A stretch of DNA of 64,000 bases from Flavobacterium sp. (GTDB lineage Bacteria; Bacteroidota; Bacteroidia; Flavobacteriales; Flavobacteriaceae). A model generated the notes under the pieces. The model made no database searches. It saw nothing but the letters and a program-made list of their open reading frames with translations, and was not told the DNA's origin. The position numbers and the translations under genes are program-made. Shown here one piece after another: positions 18,789 through 29,146 of the stretch; the first letter of the stretch is position 1, and every line of letters begins with the position of its first letter. The stretch lies in assembly GCF_040379285.1 (NCBI RefSeq), contig NZ_JBEILJ010000007.1, positions 1,134 to 65,133 on the forward strand. The letters are read 5' to 3'.

Positions 18789-19280
18789 TTAGTATTCCTC
18801 TTTGGGATAGATGTAGCTGTCCATGGTTTGAAACGTAGCTTTTCCTTTTTCATCGACAAAATATTTGATCATCACATCGCCCCAGTACGTTCCATCGCTG
18901 TAGTTGGCAATAATCCAGCGGTGGTTGAGTACTTTCATGGAATTAATAATGAACTTTTGCTCTCCCAATTTCTCTTGTCCCGTATACGGATTTCCTTCCG
19001 GTTTGTCGTTGAAACTCAATAACTGTTCCTTGATGGAAGGTTCTAACTTTTTTACATCAAAATTGGCAAAATAGTTTTGCGCATACTCGTTTTTTTGTAA
19101 CGAAAAGGAATCGGCATTGGCCAACTGTTGCGAAAGTTGTGCAATACTATCGCTTTTCGTCTTTAAGTCAGCGGTTGCTTTCTTTTGTTGCATTTGAACC
19201 TGCTTGCTGTAATACACGTAGGTAAAAGAAGCCAAAAGTGCAGCTATGATAAATAAATAAAGATAAAGTTGTCGTGCCAT
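18789..19280 (-). CDS. Conserved hypothetical protein with N-terminal membrane anchor
   Basis: N-terminal TM; KVLNHRWIIANYSDGTYWGDV. Confidence 0.75.
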   Translation of the reverse strand: MARQLYLYLFIIAALLASFTYVYYSKQVQMQQKKATADLKTKSDSIAQLSQQLANADSFSLQKNEYAQNYFANFDVKKLEPSIKEQLLSFNDKPEGNPYTGQEKLGEQKFIINSMKVLNHRWIIANYSDGTYWGDVMIKYFVDEKGKATFQTMDSYIYPKEEY

Positions 19281-19282
19281 GA

Positions 19283-20050
19283 TTATTCGAGTGTTAAAAC
19301 TAGGTTATCGTAAGCCAAAAAAACCGAAGAAGGGAGCGTTTTTTCCCGCTCCGCATGAAAGCCCATATGGTGGCTAATATGCGTTAAATAGGCTTGCTCT
19401 GGGTGTACCAAATTTACAAAATCTAATGCTTCCTGCAAATTGAAATGAGTATCGTGAGGCGCTTCCCGTAAGGCATTCACCACCAATACTTTCAGTCCTT
19501 TCAACTTATCCAATTCGGCTGTTTCAATAGTTTTAACATCGGTCAAATACGCGAAATCACCTATTCGAAATCCCAAAACCGGTAAATCGCCGTGCCAAAC
19601 ACGTATAGGCTGAATTGCAACACCACCGATAGAAAAAGGCGCGTTAGCCTCAATGGGGTGAACATGCACAGCGGGGGCTCCTGGATACCGATTTTCAGTC
19701 GCAAAAATATAGTTATAGCGTTGCCTCAAATTGGCAATAACACGCGACTCGGCATATACGGGCATAGGACCGTATTGAAAATTAAACGGCCGAATGTCAT
19801 CCAAACCCGCGGTATGATCGGCGTGCTCATGGGTAAAAAGCAAGCCATCAATGCGGGTACATCCTGACGTTAGCACCTGCTGCCGAAAATCGGGGCCACA
19901 ATCGACTATGAGGGATTGTCCCTCCACTTCCACCCATATAGAAACCCGTAGCCGCTTGTCGCGTGGGTCTTGACTTAAGCAAACGGGATGGTCACTTCCG
20001 ATGACGGGAATACCTTGTGAAGTACCGGTTCCTAGAAAATAAATTTTCAT
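19283..20050 (-). CDS. MBL-fold metallo-hydrolase (PhnP-like)
   Basis: FLGTGTSQGIP, DCGPDFR, HEHADH (HxHxDH) and THISH; ATG 20050 preferred over the track start. Confidence 0.92.
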   Translation of the reverse strand: MKIYFLGTGTSQGIPVIGSDHPVCLSQDPRDKRLRVSIWVEVEGQSLIVDCGPDFRQQVLTSGCTRIDGLLFTHEHADHTAGLDDIRPFNFQYGPMPVYAESRVIANLRQRYNYIFATENRYPGAPAVHVHPIEANAPFSIGGVAIQPIRVWHGDLPVLGFRIGDFAYLTDVKTIETAELDKLKGLKVLVVNALREAPHDTHFNLQEALDFVNLVHPEQAYLTHISHHMGFHAEREKTLPSSVFLAYDNLVLTLE

Positions 20051-20177
20051 GTAGCACGATTTTTGTGGTAAGCGAGAAATACCCCGCGGTAATAAGGCGT
20101 AATTTAATACAAAATTAGGATTAATTCCTTTTACATACCGCAATCGTTTTATTAACTTTGCGTGGCATACAAGAATT

Positions 20178-21641
20178 ATGGCGAATAACGAATTAAACAT
20201 CAAGTTAAAAGGTGATCGTGTCATTACACAGATTCCGACAACAAAGGATAAGGCCTTACGGATTAACCTGAACGAAAATATTTACGGAACCTTTGCTGAA
20301 ATTGGAGCTGGTCAAGAAACAGTGCGTCATTTTTTTCGTGCGGGAGGATCCTCGGGTACCATTGCCAAGGCCATGTCGGCGTATGATAAAGACTTCAGTG
20401 ATGCAATTTACGGCAATGAAAACGATGGTCGCTATGTGACCGAAAGCCGTTTGAAAAAAATGTTGAACCATGAAGTTCGCTTAATTGAAGAGCGTTTGAA
20501 GCGGGATAAGCATCCTAATAAAATGTTTTTCAGTTACGCCAATACGGTAGCGACTATTGATTTTGCAAAACAATTCAAAGGACACGGTTGGGTGGGTATC
20601 AAATACCAAGTTGAACCCGATGAGGATTACAATGAAATCACCCTTCACATTCGTTTCAAAGAAAATGATGCCCGTTTGCAACAAGAAACGTTGGGTATTT
20701 TGGGTGTGAATCTGATTTATGGTGCGTTCTACAAATACAACGACCCCAAGAAACTGTTACGCTACCTCTACGATCATTTGGACAAAGACCAACTGGAAAT
20801 CGATACCATCAACTTTTCGGGACCACGCTTTGCCAACGTTGACAACCGATTGATCAGTTTACAATTGGTTCGTAACGGAATGACCGATGCCGTTATGTTT
20901 GGTTCTGATGGAAAAAACATACTCCCTGCCGCTGTTTTATACAAGAAAAATATTTTGGCGATTCGCGGAAGTTTCCGACCCGTGACCAAAGTAAACATGG
21001 ACATGTACGAGAAATCGTTGGAAATGTTCTACCAAGAAAACAAAGTTGAAAAAGAAAATACCTTTGTCGTTTTTGAAATTACGCTTTCTAACCTACGTTC
21101 GGAAGGGGAAATTGATGAACGTGACTTTATGGACCGTGCCGAATTGCTTTGTAAACTAGGGCAAACGGTTATGATATCCAATTTCCAAGAGTACTATCGC
21201 GTCGTGGAGTACTTCTCCAGCTACACGAAAGCCCGTATGGGATTGGCCATGGGTGTGAACAATCTGATTGATATTTTTGATGAAAAATACTACCGCCATT
21301 TGAGTGGTGGAATTTTGGAAGCCTTTGGTAAGTTATTCTACCGCGATCTCAAAGTATACCTCTACCCAATGGAAGAAAATGGAGAGATTATCACTTCACA
21401 AAACTTAAAAGTTCACCCACGAATGAAAGAGTTGTACAAGTTCTTTGCGTACAATGGTAAGGTGGTGGATGTAACCGATTTTGACCGGGGCAATCTGAAG
21501 ATATTCTCACGCGAGGTATTGAAAATGATCTCCAATGGTACGTCGGGTTGGGAAGCTATGTTACCTGAAGGGACAGCAGATTTAATTAAACAACATCATT
21601 TGTTTGGATACGACCCCAATCGCGTATTGGAAGAAGCATAA
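20178..21641 (+). CDS. Conserved cytoplasmic protein, probable CinA/PncC-like + nucleotidyltransferase (NadD)-like fusion
   Basis: No signal peptide; FAEIGAG...GGSS...SAYD...VTES resembles the CinA C-domain; RGSFRPVTKVN resembles GGSFDPxHxGH. Confidence 0.55.
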   Translation: MANNELNIKLKGDRVITQIPTTKDKALRINLNENIYGTFAEIGAGQETVRHFFRAGGSSGTIAKAMSAYDKDFSDAIYGNENDGRYVTESRLKKMLNHEVRLIEERLKRDKHPNKMFFSYANTVATIDFAKQFKGHGWVGIKYQVEPDEDYNEITLHIRFKENDARLQQETLGILGVNLIYGAFYKYNDPKKLLRYLYDHLDKDQLEIDTINFSGPRFANVDNRLISLQLVRNGMTDAVMFGSDGKNILPAAVLYKKNILAIRGSFRPVTKVNMDMYEKSLEMFYQENKVEKENTFVVFEITLSNLRSEGEIDERDFMDRAELLCKLGQTVMISNFQEYYRVVEYFSSYTKARMGLAMGVNNLIDIFDEKYYRHLSGGILEAFGKLFYRDLKVYLYPMEENGEIITSQNLKVHPRMKELYKFFAYNGKVVDVTDFDRGNLKIFSREVLKMISNGTSGWEAMLPEGTADLIKQHHLFGYDPNRVLEEA

Positions 21642-21643
21642 AA

Positions 21644-21673
21644 AATAAGCCCCGAAATGACTCGGGGCTTATT
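21644..21673. terminator. Bidirectional terminator
   Basis: AATAAGCCCCGA/TCGGGGCTTATT 12-bp stem between convergent genes. Confidence 0.8.
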
Positions 21674-21674
21674 G

Positions 21675-22127
21675 TTAGGGTAAAATTTGTTCCGCGTGGG
21701 CTTTTGTTTTTACATCGGTAATGACGTCATCAATCACGCCCGCCTCATTGATCACAAAAGTGGTGCGGTGGATGCCATCGTATTCTTTCCCCATAAATTT
21801 TTTGGGACCCCAAACACCAAAAGCTTGAATCACGGATTTATCTTCATCTGCCAACAATGGAAAAGGGAATTCATACTTATTTTTAAAACTCGCTTGTGCT
21901 TTTGCCGAATCAGCACTTACACCGAGTAAGGCATAATTTTGGGCTTCAAAACGGGCATAATTGTCCCGTAAGTCACAAGCTTCTGCGGTACAACCGGGCG
22001 TGTTGGCTTTTGGGTAAAAGAATACCACAAGTTTCTTACCCTTGTAATCCGCCAAGGTATGCACATTTCCATCTTGATCTTTGCCCGAAAATAATGGGGC
22101 AGCATCGCCTTTTTTTAAATTGGTCAT
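21675..22127 (-). CDS. bcp: Thioredoxin-dependent thiol peroxidase (bacterioferritin comigratory protein)
   Basis: FFYPKANTPGCTAEAC. Confidence 0.95.
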   Translation of the reverse strand: MTNLKKGDAAPLFSGKDQDGNVHTLADYKGKKLVVFFYPKANTPGCTAEACDLRDNYARFEAQNYALLGVSADSAKAQASFKNKYEFPFPLLADEDKSVIQAFGVWGPKKFMGKEYDGIHRTTFVINEAGVIDDVITDVKTKAHAEQILP

Positions 22128-22182
22128 AGTGTTTTTTATTTGTTAGCGTTTGACGTAAATTTATACTTTTAAAAGTACAAAA

Positions 22183-22839
22183 ATGACTCAGAAGGAACGC
22201 GCAACGTTTGTTATAAATACGTTAAAAGACCTTTACCCTACCATTCCCATTCCTTTGGACCATAAAGATCCCTATACGCTATTAATTGCGGTTTTGCTAT
22301 CCGCTCAATGTACAGATGTTCGGGTAAATTTAACTACGCCTCATCTATTTGCGAAAGCGGATAATCCCTATGCTATGGTGAAGTTATCCGTTGAAACGAT
22401 ACGGGAAATCATTAAACCTTGCGGACTCTCACCGATGAAATCTAAAGCAATACATGGCTTATCGAATATTTTAATTGATCAATACAACGGTGAAGTTCCC
22501 CAAAGTTTTGACGCCCTTGAAGCCCTACCGGGTGTGGGACACAAAACAGCAAGTGTGGTGATGAGTCAGGCCTTTGGTGTACCGGCATTTCCTGTAGATA
22601 CACACATTCACCGTTTGATGTACCGCTGGGGATTATCCAATGGAAAAAGTGTGGTTCAAACCGAACGCGATGCCAAAAAACTATTTCCCGAAGCATCATG
22701 GAATGATTTGCATTTACAAATTATTTGGTATGGTAGGGAGTACTCGCCCGCACGGGGATGGGACCTAGAAAAAGACATAATTACGAAAACCATCGGGCGA
22801 AAATCGGTACTCAAAGAAGCACAAAAAAAATCCCGATAA
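22183..22839 (+). CDS. nth: Endonuclease III (HhH-GPD DNA glycosylase), lacking Fe-S cysteines
   Basis: LLSAQCTD, LPGVGHKTA and PVDTH. Confidence 0.9.
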   Translation: MTQKERATFVINTLKDLYPTIPIPLDHKDPYTLLIAVLLSAQCTDVRVNLTTPHLFAKADNPYAMVKLSVETIREIIKPCGLSPMKSKAIHGLSNILIDQYNGEVPQSFDALEALPGVGHKTASVVMSQAFGVPAFPVDTHIHRLMYRWGLSNGKSVVQTERDAKKLFPEASWNDLHLQIIWYGREYSPARGWDLEKDIITKTIGRKSVLKEAQKKSR

Positions 22840-22855
22840 TGCACGTTATCGGGAT
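22830..22855. terminator. Hairpin at the end of nth
   Basis: ATCCCGATAA/TTATCGGGAT perfect 10-bp stem. Confidence 0.7.
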
Positions 22856-23061
22856 CATGGATTTAATTGGTAATCAGTTCGAAGTTCATTCGGCTGGTTT
22901 TTACAATTTTCAAGGCTTTTGAATAATTCAGTAAAAACTGCACCGTTTCTTTTTTGGGCAACCGTTTCGGACCCGAAAAGGCTTTTTGAGAGTAAAGTTT
23001 CGCCATAGATGTTAATTTGCGTGTTATTCCCATCTATAACGTTACCGTACGTCAAATATTG

Positions 23062-23646
23062 TTAATTGGTTAAAATAATTTTATTTTTTTCAATCACTTT
23101 GCGCAAGTTCATCAATGCATAGCGCATTCTTCCTAGCGCGGTATTGATACTTACCCCTGTAATTTCAGCAATTTCGTTGAAACTCAGGTCCTGATAAATC
23201 CGCATCACCAATACTTCTTTTTGGTCCGCAGGCAATTCTTGGATGATTCGGCGTAAATCCTCTTCAATGACCTGACTGATCATCAAACCTTCGATTGTTT
23301 TGGAATCGTCTTTGATGACCGAAAAGATTGAAAATTCATCCGTATCACGCACCACAGGCATTTTCTTGTTTTTTCGAAAATGGTCTACAATAAGGTTGTG
23401 AGCAATACGCATAACCCAAGGTAAAAACTTCCCTTCCTCGTTGTAAGCATTCGATTTCAACGTTTTAATTACCTTAATAAAGGTATCTTGAAAAATATCG
23501 TCTGCTACATCCCGATCGGGTAACTTGGAATAGATAAATCCATAGATTTTGGATTGATGCCGGTTGATTAACATTGCCAAGGCATTTTCATTGCCTGCAA
23601 TGTATTGCTGTACTAAGACAGAATCGGAGAGATGAGTTGTAGCCAT
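23062..23646 (-). CDS. ECF RNA polymerase sigma-70 factor
   Basis: DDIFQDTFIK, FLPWVMRIAHN (region 2); LSFNEIAEITGVSINTALGRMRYA (region 4). Confidence 0.95.
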   Translation of the reverse strand: MATTHLSDSVLVQQYIAGNENALAMLINRHQSKIYGFIYSKLPDRDVADDIFQDTFIKVIKTLKSNAYNEEGKFLPWVMRIAHNLIVDHFRKNKKMPVVRDTDEFSIFSVIKDDSKTIEGLMISQVIEEDLRRIIQELPADQKEVLVMRIYQDLSFNEIAEITGVSINTALGRMRYALMNLRKVIEKNKIILTN

Positions 23647-23870
23647 AGCAAACCCTTTTTAGTGATTTTTTTGTTTCTGTTGTCAATCTAAAAAGTAGTT
23701 TTTTACGCTATAGGCAAAAGATTTTGGTGTTAAGTAATAGCCAAATTTAATATAATATTTTTTTAATATGCAAGTTTCTTTCGATAAATTAACATATTGA
23801 GTCAAAAAATCCTAAAATAAAGCGGCGAAAACCACGTTACTTTGGGATTCATTTTTTATAAAATTCGCTG

Positions 23871-24077
23871 CTATTGTTGGGTGATGACCACTTTTTGGGT
23901 ACGCTTCTGCCCTTCCGCATAGACTGTTACCAAATACAATCCCGGGGTTAGCGCCTGAATTGGAATGCGATTGGTTGCGGTGTAGGCTGTTAAAACCTCT
24001 TGTCCCATCATATCATGAATAGCCACTTTGTCAATAGGTAATGTACATTTAAATAGTGATTTCTTAGGCGGGTAAAA
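23871..24077 (-). pseudogene. Isolated T9SS type A C-terminal sorting domain remnant
   Basis: Manual translation FYPPKKSLFKCTLPIDKVAIHDMMGQEVL...IPIQALTPGLYLVTVYAEGQKRTQKVVITQQ*; an in-frame TAA lies immediately upstream and there is no cargo domain. Confidence 0.75.
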
Positions 24078-24203
24078 TTAAAAAATGAAAAAGAAGAAAT
24101 GAAAAATTGCCCATTAAAGCTAAAATCCTCTTAAAAATGGACGCAAAAGCTTTGGCAATAGAGGCCAAAAAATGGGGAATGTGTATCTTTGAAAAAAAAA
24201 GAA

Positions 24204-26993
24204 ATGCTATCGGAAAAGTTAGTCGAATTAGAGCCCAAAAAACACATTCTAATCAAAGGGGCTAGTATTCACAATCTTAAACATCTTAACCTCGCCATTC
24301 CTCGCAACCAACTGGTCGTTATCACAGGACTATCGGGTTCAGGAAAGTCGTCAATTGCTTTTGACACCCTCTATGCAGAAGGACAACGACGTTATGTAGA
24401 AAGTTTATCAGCTTATGCCCGTCAATTTCTGGGTCGCCTAGATAAACCCAAGGTTGAATATATCAAAGGAATCGCGCCAGCTATAGCTATTGAGCAAAAA
24501 GTCAACACCACCAATGCGCGTTCGACCGTAGGTACCTCTACAGAAATTTACGACTACTTAAAATTGCTTTACGCACGTATTGGGAAAACTATTTCACCGA
24601 TTTCGGGAAATGAAGTAAAAAAAGATACCGTTTCTTCTGTTATTGACCATGTGAAGACCTTAGAGCCCGAAACCCGTTGGTTGCTGCTTGCTCCTATTCA
24701 TGTGGAAGAAGGTAGAGCCTTAGAAGACAAACTCAACGTTCTTCTACAACAAGGATTTATCCGTATTTTGGTGGACAATGAAATGCTGCGTCTGGATGAA
24801 ATTGACCTAAAATCGGTCCCCAAGGAAAATATTCGTTTAGTTATTGATCGCATTGTGGTCAAAGAGGAAGAGGCCTTTTACAACCGTTTAGCCGATGCCA
24901 TTCAAACGGCTTTTTATGAAGGAAAAGGAACCTGCTACATTGCGTCAGTAGATCACGAAATTTGTACTGAATTCAATACCAACTTTGAACTTGATGGGTT
25001 GACCTTCCTTGAACCCAACATTCATTTGTTCAGTTTTAACAATCCCTATGGCGCTTGCCCTCGTTGTGAAGGCTATGGAAATATTATCGGTATCGATGAA
25101 GATTTAGTTATTCCTAATACGGCTTTATCGGTATTTGAAAATGCAATTTTTCCCTGGCGTGGCGAAAGCATGAGTTGGTATCGGGATCAATTGGTAAACA
25201 ACGCCTACAAATTTGATTTCCCCATTCACAAACCGTTTTTTCAATTGGAACCTGCCCAAAAAGAATTGGTGTGGCAGGGAAATAGCTACTTTGTCGGGTT
25301 GCATGATTTTTTTAAGGAATTAGAGGAAAAAAACTATAAAATACAAAATCGGGTAATGCTGTCCCGTTACCGCGGGAAAACAAAATGTCCCGTATGTAAG
25401 GGAAAACGGCTACGCGAAGAAGCGCAATATGTGCACGTTGGCGGGAAAACCCTCGGCGAACTCGTAGCCATGCCTATTCGGATGTTATTACCATTTTTTG
25501 AAACACTGCAATTGTCGGAACACGATGCGCAAGTGGCCAAAAGACTCTTGTTGGAAATTAAAAACCGTTTGCGTTTTTTAAAAAATGTGGGCTTAGATTA
25601 CCTTACATTAAACCGCAACTCGGCTACACTCTCGGGCGGAGAATCGCAACGTATTAATTTGGCAACCTCATTAGGCAGCAGTTTAGTGGGTTCGATGTAC
25701 ATTCTTGATGAACCCAGTATCGGTTTGCATCCCAAAGACACGGAATTGCTTATTGAAGTGTTAAAAAACCTACGCGATTTGGGCAACACGGTCATTGTGG
25801 TTGAACATGACGAAGATATCATGCGGGAAGCTGATATGATAATCGATATCGGTCCCGAAGCGGGGAGTTTGGGAGGCGAATTGGTGGCCCAAGGCACTTT
25901 TTCCGAAATTTTAGAAGCCAACTCGTTAACGGCTCAATATTTAAACGGTAAAATGGAAATTCCAGTGCCTAAAGTTCGTAGAAAATGGTCGGCTTACATT
26001 GACATTTTAGGCGCTAGAGAACACAACCTTCAAAACGTAGACGTCCGATTTCCTTTGGAGTGTCTTACCGTAATTACCGGGGTTTCGGGTAGTGGTAAGA
26101 GTACATTGGTCAAACGAATTCTTTTCCCAGCTTTACAAAAAAAACTCGAAGGTATTGGCGAAAAAGCGGGGCAGTTTAGCGATATGCAAGGCCACTACCA
26201 TCGGATTCATCATATTGAATATGTCGATCAAAATCCAATTGGCCGAAGCTCGCGTTCAAATCCTGTCACTTATATCAAAGCTTACGATGACATTCGGGAT
26301 TTGTTTGCCAAGGAAAAACTATCCAAAATACGCGGCTACCAACCCAAACATTTTTCGTTTAATGTAGATGGTGGACGCTGTGAAACGTGCAAAGGAGACG
26401 GAACGATTAATGTGGAAATGGTATTCATGGCCGATGTTGAATTGCCCTGTGAAACCTGTGGTGGTAAACGTTTTAAGAAAGAAATTTTGGAAGTTCAATG
26501 TAACGGTCTCAACATCGATGCGATACTCAACTTAACCATTGATGAGGCCATTGCCTTTTTTAAAAAGCACGAACTAAATAAAATTGTACAAAAATTACAA
26601 CCCTTACAAGATGTAGGTTTAGGATATGTGCAGTTGGGACAGTCTTCGTCTACTTTATCGGGCGGTGAAGCGCAACGAATAAAACTCGCTTCATTTCTAG
26701 TGAAAGGCGCAACCAAGGAAAAAGCACTTTTTGTTTTTGATGAACCCACCACCGGACTTCATTTTCACGACATCAAGAAGTTACTCGCATCGTTTGAAGC
26801 ACTCATCGAAAAAGGCCACTCTATCATCGTAATTGAGCACAATTTGGATTTAATCAAATGTGCCGATTGGATTATTGATTTGGGTCCGGAGGGAGGCGAA
26901 AGAGGAGGGCAATTGATGGCTTTTGGAACTCCTGAGGAAATTGCTAAGAATCCGGAATCGATAACAGGCCAATACTTAAAAGCAAAGTTATAA
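24204..26993 (+). CDS. uvrA: Excinuclease ABC subunit A
   Basis: Two Walker A motifs ([16 protein letters not shown]), [16 protein letters not shown] signatures and CxxC zinc fingers. Confidence 0.97.
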   Translation: MLSEKLVELEPKKHILIKGASIHNLKHLNLAIPRNQLVVITGLSGSGKSSIAFDTLYAEGQRRYVESLSAYARQFLGRLDKPKVEYIKGIAPAIAIEQKVNTTNARSTVGTSTEIYDYLKLLYARIGKTISPISGNEVKKDTVSSVIDHVKTLEPETRWLLLAPIHVEEGRALEDKLNVLLQQGFIRILVDNEMLRLDEIDLKSVPKENIRLVIDRIVVKEEEAFYNRLADAIQTAFYEGKGTCYIASVDHEICTEFNTNFELDGLTFLEPNIHLFSFNNPYGACPRCEGYGNIIGIDEDLVIPNTALSVFENAIFPWRGESMSWYRDQLVNNAYKFDFPIHKPFFQLEPAQKELVWQGNSYFVGLHDFFKELEEKNYKIQNRVMLSRYRGKTKCPVCKGKRLREEAQYVHVGGKTLGELVAMPIRMLLPFFETLQLSEHDAQVAKRLLLEIKNRLRFLKNVGLDYLTLNRNSATLSGGESQRINLATSLGSSLVGSMYILDEPSIGLHPKDTELLIEVLKNLRDLGNTVIVVEHDEDIMREADMIIDIGPEAGSLGGELVAQGTFSEILEANSLTAQYLNGKMEIPVPKVRRKWSAYIDILGAREHNLQNVDVRFPLECLTVITGVSGSGKSTLVKRILFPALQKKLEGIGEKAGQFSDMQGHYHRIHHIEYVDQNPIGRSSRSNPVTYIKAYDDIRDLFAKEKLSKIRGYQPKHFSFNVDGGRCETCKGDGTINVEMVFMADVELPCETCGGKRFKKEILEVQCNGLNIDAILNLTIDEAIAFFKKHELNKIVQKLQPLQDVGLGYVQLGQSSSTLSGGEAQRIKLASFLVKGATKEKALFVFDEPTTGLHFHDIKKLLASFEALIEKGHSIIVIEHNLDLIKCADWIIDLGPEGGERGGQLMAFGTPEEIAKNPESITGQYLKAKL

Positions 26994-26995
26994 TG

Positions 26996-27026
26996 AAAAA
27001 CCCCTTCTCATCATGAAGGGGTTTTT
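26996..27026. terminator. Bidirectional terminator
   Basis: AAAAACCCCTT/AAGGGGTTTTT stem. Confidence 0.8.
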
Positions 27027-27034
27027 GCTATTTT

Positions 27035-28216
27035 TTATTCTAAAACAATCTTCCGGGTAACTCTGGTAGAATCCGATTCCATAACCGCCATATACATACC
27101 ACGAGCCAAATGACCTACGGCAAACCCCTTGACCAAAGGCGCATCGGTAACCGCTTGGGATAATACAATTTTACCGGTGCTGTCTATCAAGCTAAATTGA
27201 TACTCATTTTTGGGAAATGTCCCCAAATTCCAATAAATCTCATTCGTCGCTGGATTGGGGAAAACCGACATTTGATATTCCTGTACTGACGATGTGCTTA
27301 GGGTTGTACTCGCTACTGCAAAATGCAACATCGCCCCCGTAGCAGCTTGGGCCACTTTATAGTTGTACACCGGATCCATATTGACCAATAAATCGGTAGC
27401 CGTGTGTCGGTGCGTTGTTTCATTGGTTTCATAAAACCCTGTAATGACTTCACCGTTATCTTCAAATGTCATATAATCGGACGCATAGGCATACGACAAA
27501 TTGGTATTTAGGGGCGAATACAATTCAGTACATGTAATCAATTGTTGCGTCATGGCATTAGAAGCCGCATTATTGGAAGTTGGACTCCCTGTATCGCGCT
27601 CACAAGTAATGGTATCGTTGATATCTCCGGCAACTCCGCCTACTTGATCAATATTGAATACCAAACGGATACTCATTTTGGGGGTGGTGCCATTGACAAC
27701 GGTGTTGACATAATTTTGACTTCCACGCAAACCATCTTCTTCCCCCGAGAAATTGATAAAACGAATGGAATATTCCGTGGGGACATTTTGCAATAAACGC
27801 GCGACTTCCAAAATAGCCGCTACCCCACTCCCATTATCATTGGTCCCTGTACCTACAATAGAATCATAATGACCACATATAATGACATAGGTATTGGGAT
27901 AGGTGGTTCCGATTTTGGTGACTACTAAATTTTTACACACGGCTGACGAACCCGAATAGGTATAGGAAAACTCTTGAAGCTGGTTGGCCGTGTAGCCGTA
28001 GCTAAGGTATTTGCTCTTCAACCAATCTAAAGTATTTTGCAACGCTGCGGTGCCGCGTCGTTTTACACCTAAATCTTCAAACTCAGTCAAATTGTTCGTG
28101 ACATTCGTTTGAGAACACTGATTGGCAATGTCGGCATAGGCTTGAATAAAAGATTGGGCATTTGAGACAAATTGAAATCCAATTAAAGAAAAGAGGACCA
28201 GTAGGTATTTTTTCAT
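27035..28216 (-). CDS. M28 family metallopeptidase with T9SS C-terminal sorting domain
   Basis: GHYDS, NDNGSG, SGEEDGLRGS, DQVG and SDY; C-terminal VFPNPA...GMYMA...KIVLE. Confidence 0.93.
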   Translation of the reverse strand: MKKYLLVLFSLIGFQFVSNAQSFIQAYADIANQCSQTNVTNNLTEFEDLGVKRRGTAALQNTLDWLKSKYLSYGYTANQLQEFSYTYSGSSAVCKNLVVTKIGTTYPNTYVIICGHYDSIVGTGTNDNGSGVAAILEVARLLQNVPTEYSIRFINFSGEEDGLRGSQNYVNTVVNGTTPKMSIRLVFNIDQVGGVAGDINDTITCERDTGSPTSNNAASNAMTQQLITCTELYSPLNTNLSYAYASDYMTFEDNGEVITGFYETNETTHRHTATDLLVNMDPVYNYKVAQAATGAMLHFAVASTTLSTSSVQEYQMSVFPNPATNEIYWNLGTFPKNEYQFSLIDSTGKIVLSQAVTDAPLVKGFAVGHLARGMYMAVMESDSTRVTRKIVLE

Positions 28217-28450
28217 GGGGTAATCTTCAATAAAGTGGTTTGTTGTGGAGTCAAATATACTAAAATTATCTTGAAAATAAAGCAGTCACCTGAAGTAAGA
28301 GTTTTGCATTCAACAGATTAAAAATCATTAACAAATCGTTGACAATTCTATCGATAAAGATGGCACAGCAATTGAAAATACCTTTACATCACAATGATCG
28401 AAGAAGCTGAAAATCGAAAGAGTAAGCACCAACCGTAAACCGAATGCCTT

Positions 28451-29077
28451 ATGAAAACTATTACGCTTTTATCCAGTTTAGTGTTCGCTTTTAACACTTG
28501 GGCTCATGCCACTACTTTGGAGTTTGCTAACCACCGTCATGGTCTACACTTCAATGAAGCCGAACCGATTCAATTTATGGAACGCGGGATTGTATTTTAT
28601 GTGTTCTTGAATGGTGATTTTGACTTCAATACCCGTCCTGAAGATGTTGGAGGTAGCTACTACTTCCGCGGTGCAAGCTCCAAAACTATGGCGCGAGGAA
28701 GTCGCCCTGTAAATTATGGGGTTTTGATTGAATTTGACTCCTTTGGACGTGTACGACGCGTTGGTAACACATTCATCAACTATGATAGTCGTGATCGAGT
28801 AAGTCGAATTGGAAGTGTGTTCATGTACTACAACCGTTTTGCGCTAACGCAAATTGGCGGTATGCGAATCGTTTACAATCGCTTGGGTCAAATCGTCCAT
28901 ACCGTGGGAAGCGTCAAACGCCATGGCTTTACACCTAATTACTATGAGCAAGCCACCTGTTCAACCACCTATTACGGTTCAAGTACCCATTATTTCCCTG
29001 GAGGCTATTACTACCGCACAACAGATCAAAATACAAGACAAGTAGAAACGTCGGAATCTACAGCAAATGAAGAGTAA
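28451..29077 (+). CDS. Secreted hypothetical protein with short beta-hairpin repeats
   Basis: Signal peptide; repeated (F/Y)D/NxxxRxxR(V/I)G units. Confidence 0.75.
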   Translation: MKTITLLSSLVFAFNTWAHATTLEFANHRHGLHFNEAEPIQFMERGIVFYVFLNGDFDFNTRPEDVGGSYYFRGASSKTMARGSRPVNYGVLIEFDSFGRVRRVGNTFINYDSRDRVSRIGSVFMYYNRFALTQIGGMRIVYNRLGQIVHTVGSVKRHGFTPNYYEQATCSTTYYGSSTHYFPGGYYYRTTDQNTRQVETSESTANEE

Positions 29078-29107
29078 ATAAAGTTTGGGTTAGTTAGTTT
29101 GATTCGG

Positions 29108-29140
29108 AGACCCTGTAGTCCTAGGATTACAGGGTTTTCT
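29108..29140. terminator. Terminator between convergent genes
   Basis: ACCCTGTAGTCC/GGATTACAGGGT stem. Confidence 0.7.
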
Positions 29141-29146
29141 ATTTTT

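Noticed and set aside
20178-21641. TonB-dependent receptor label often attached to this kind of protein
   Set aside because: No signal peptide, plug motif or C-terminal aromatic beta-strand; too short for a 22-strand barrel.
22855-23055. 66-aa ORF downstream of the sigma factor
   Set aside because: TTG start and no recognisable motif; it could be another relic but cannot be supported without a search.
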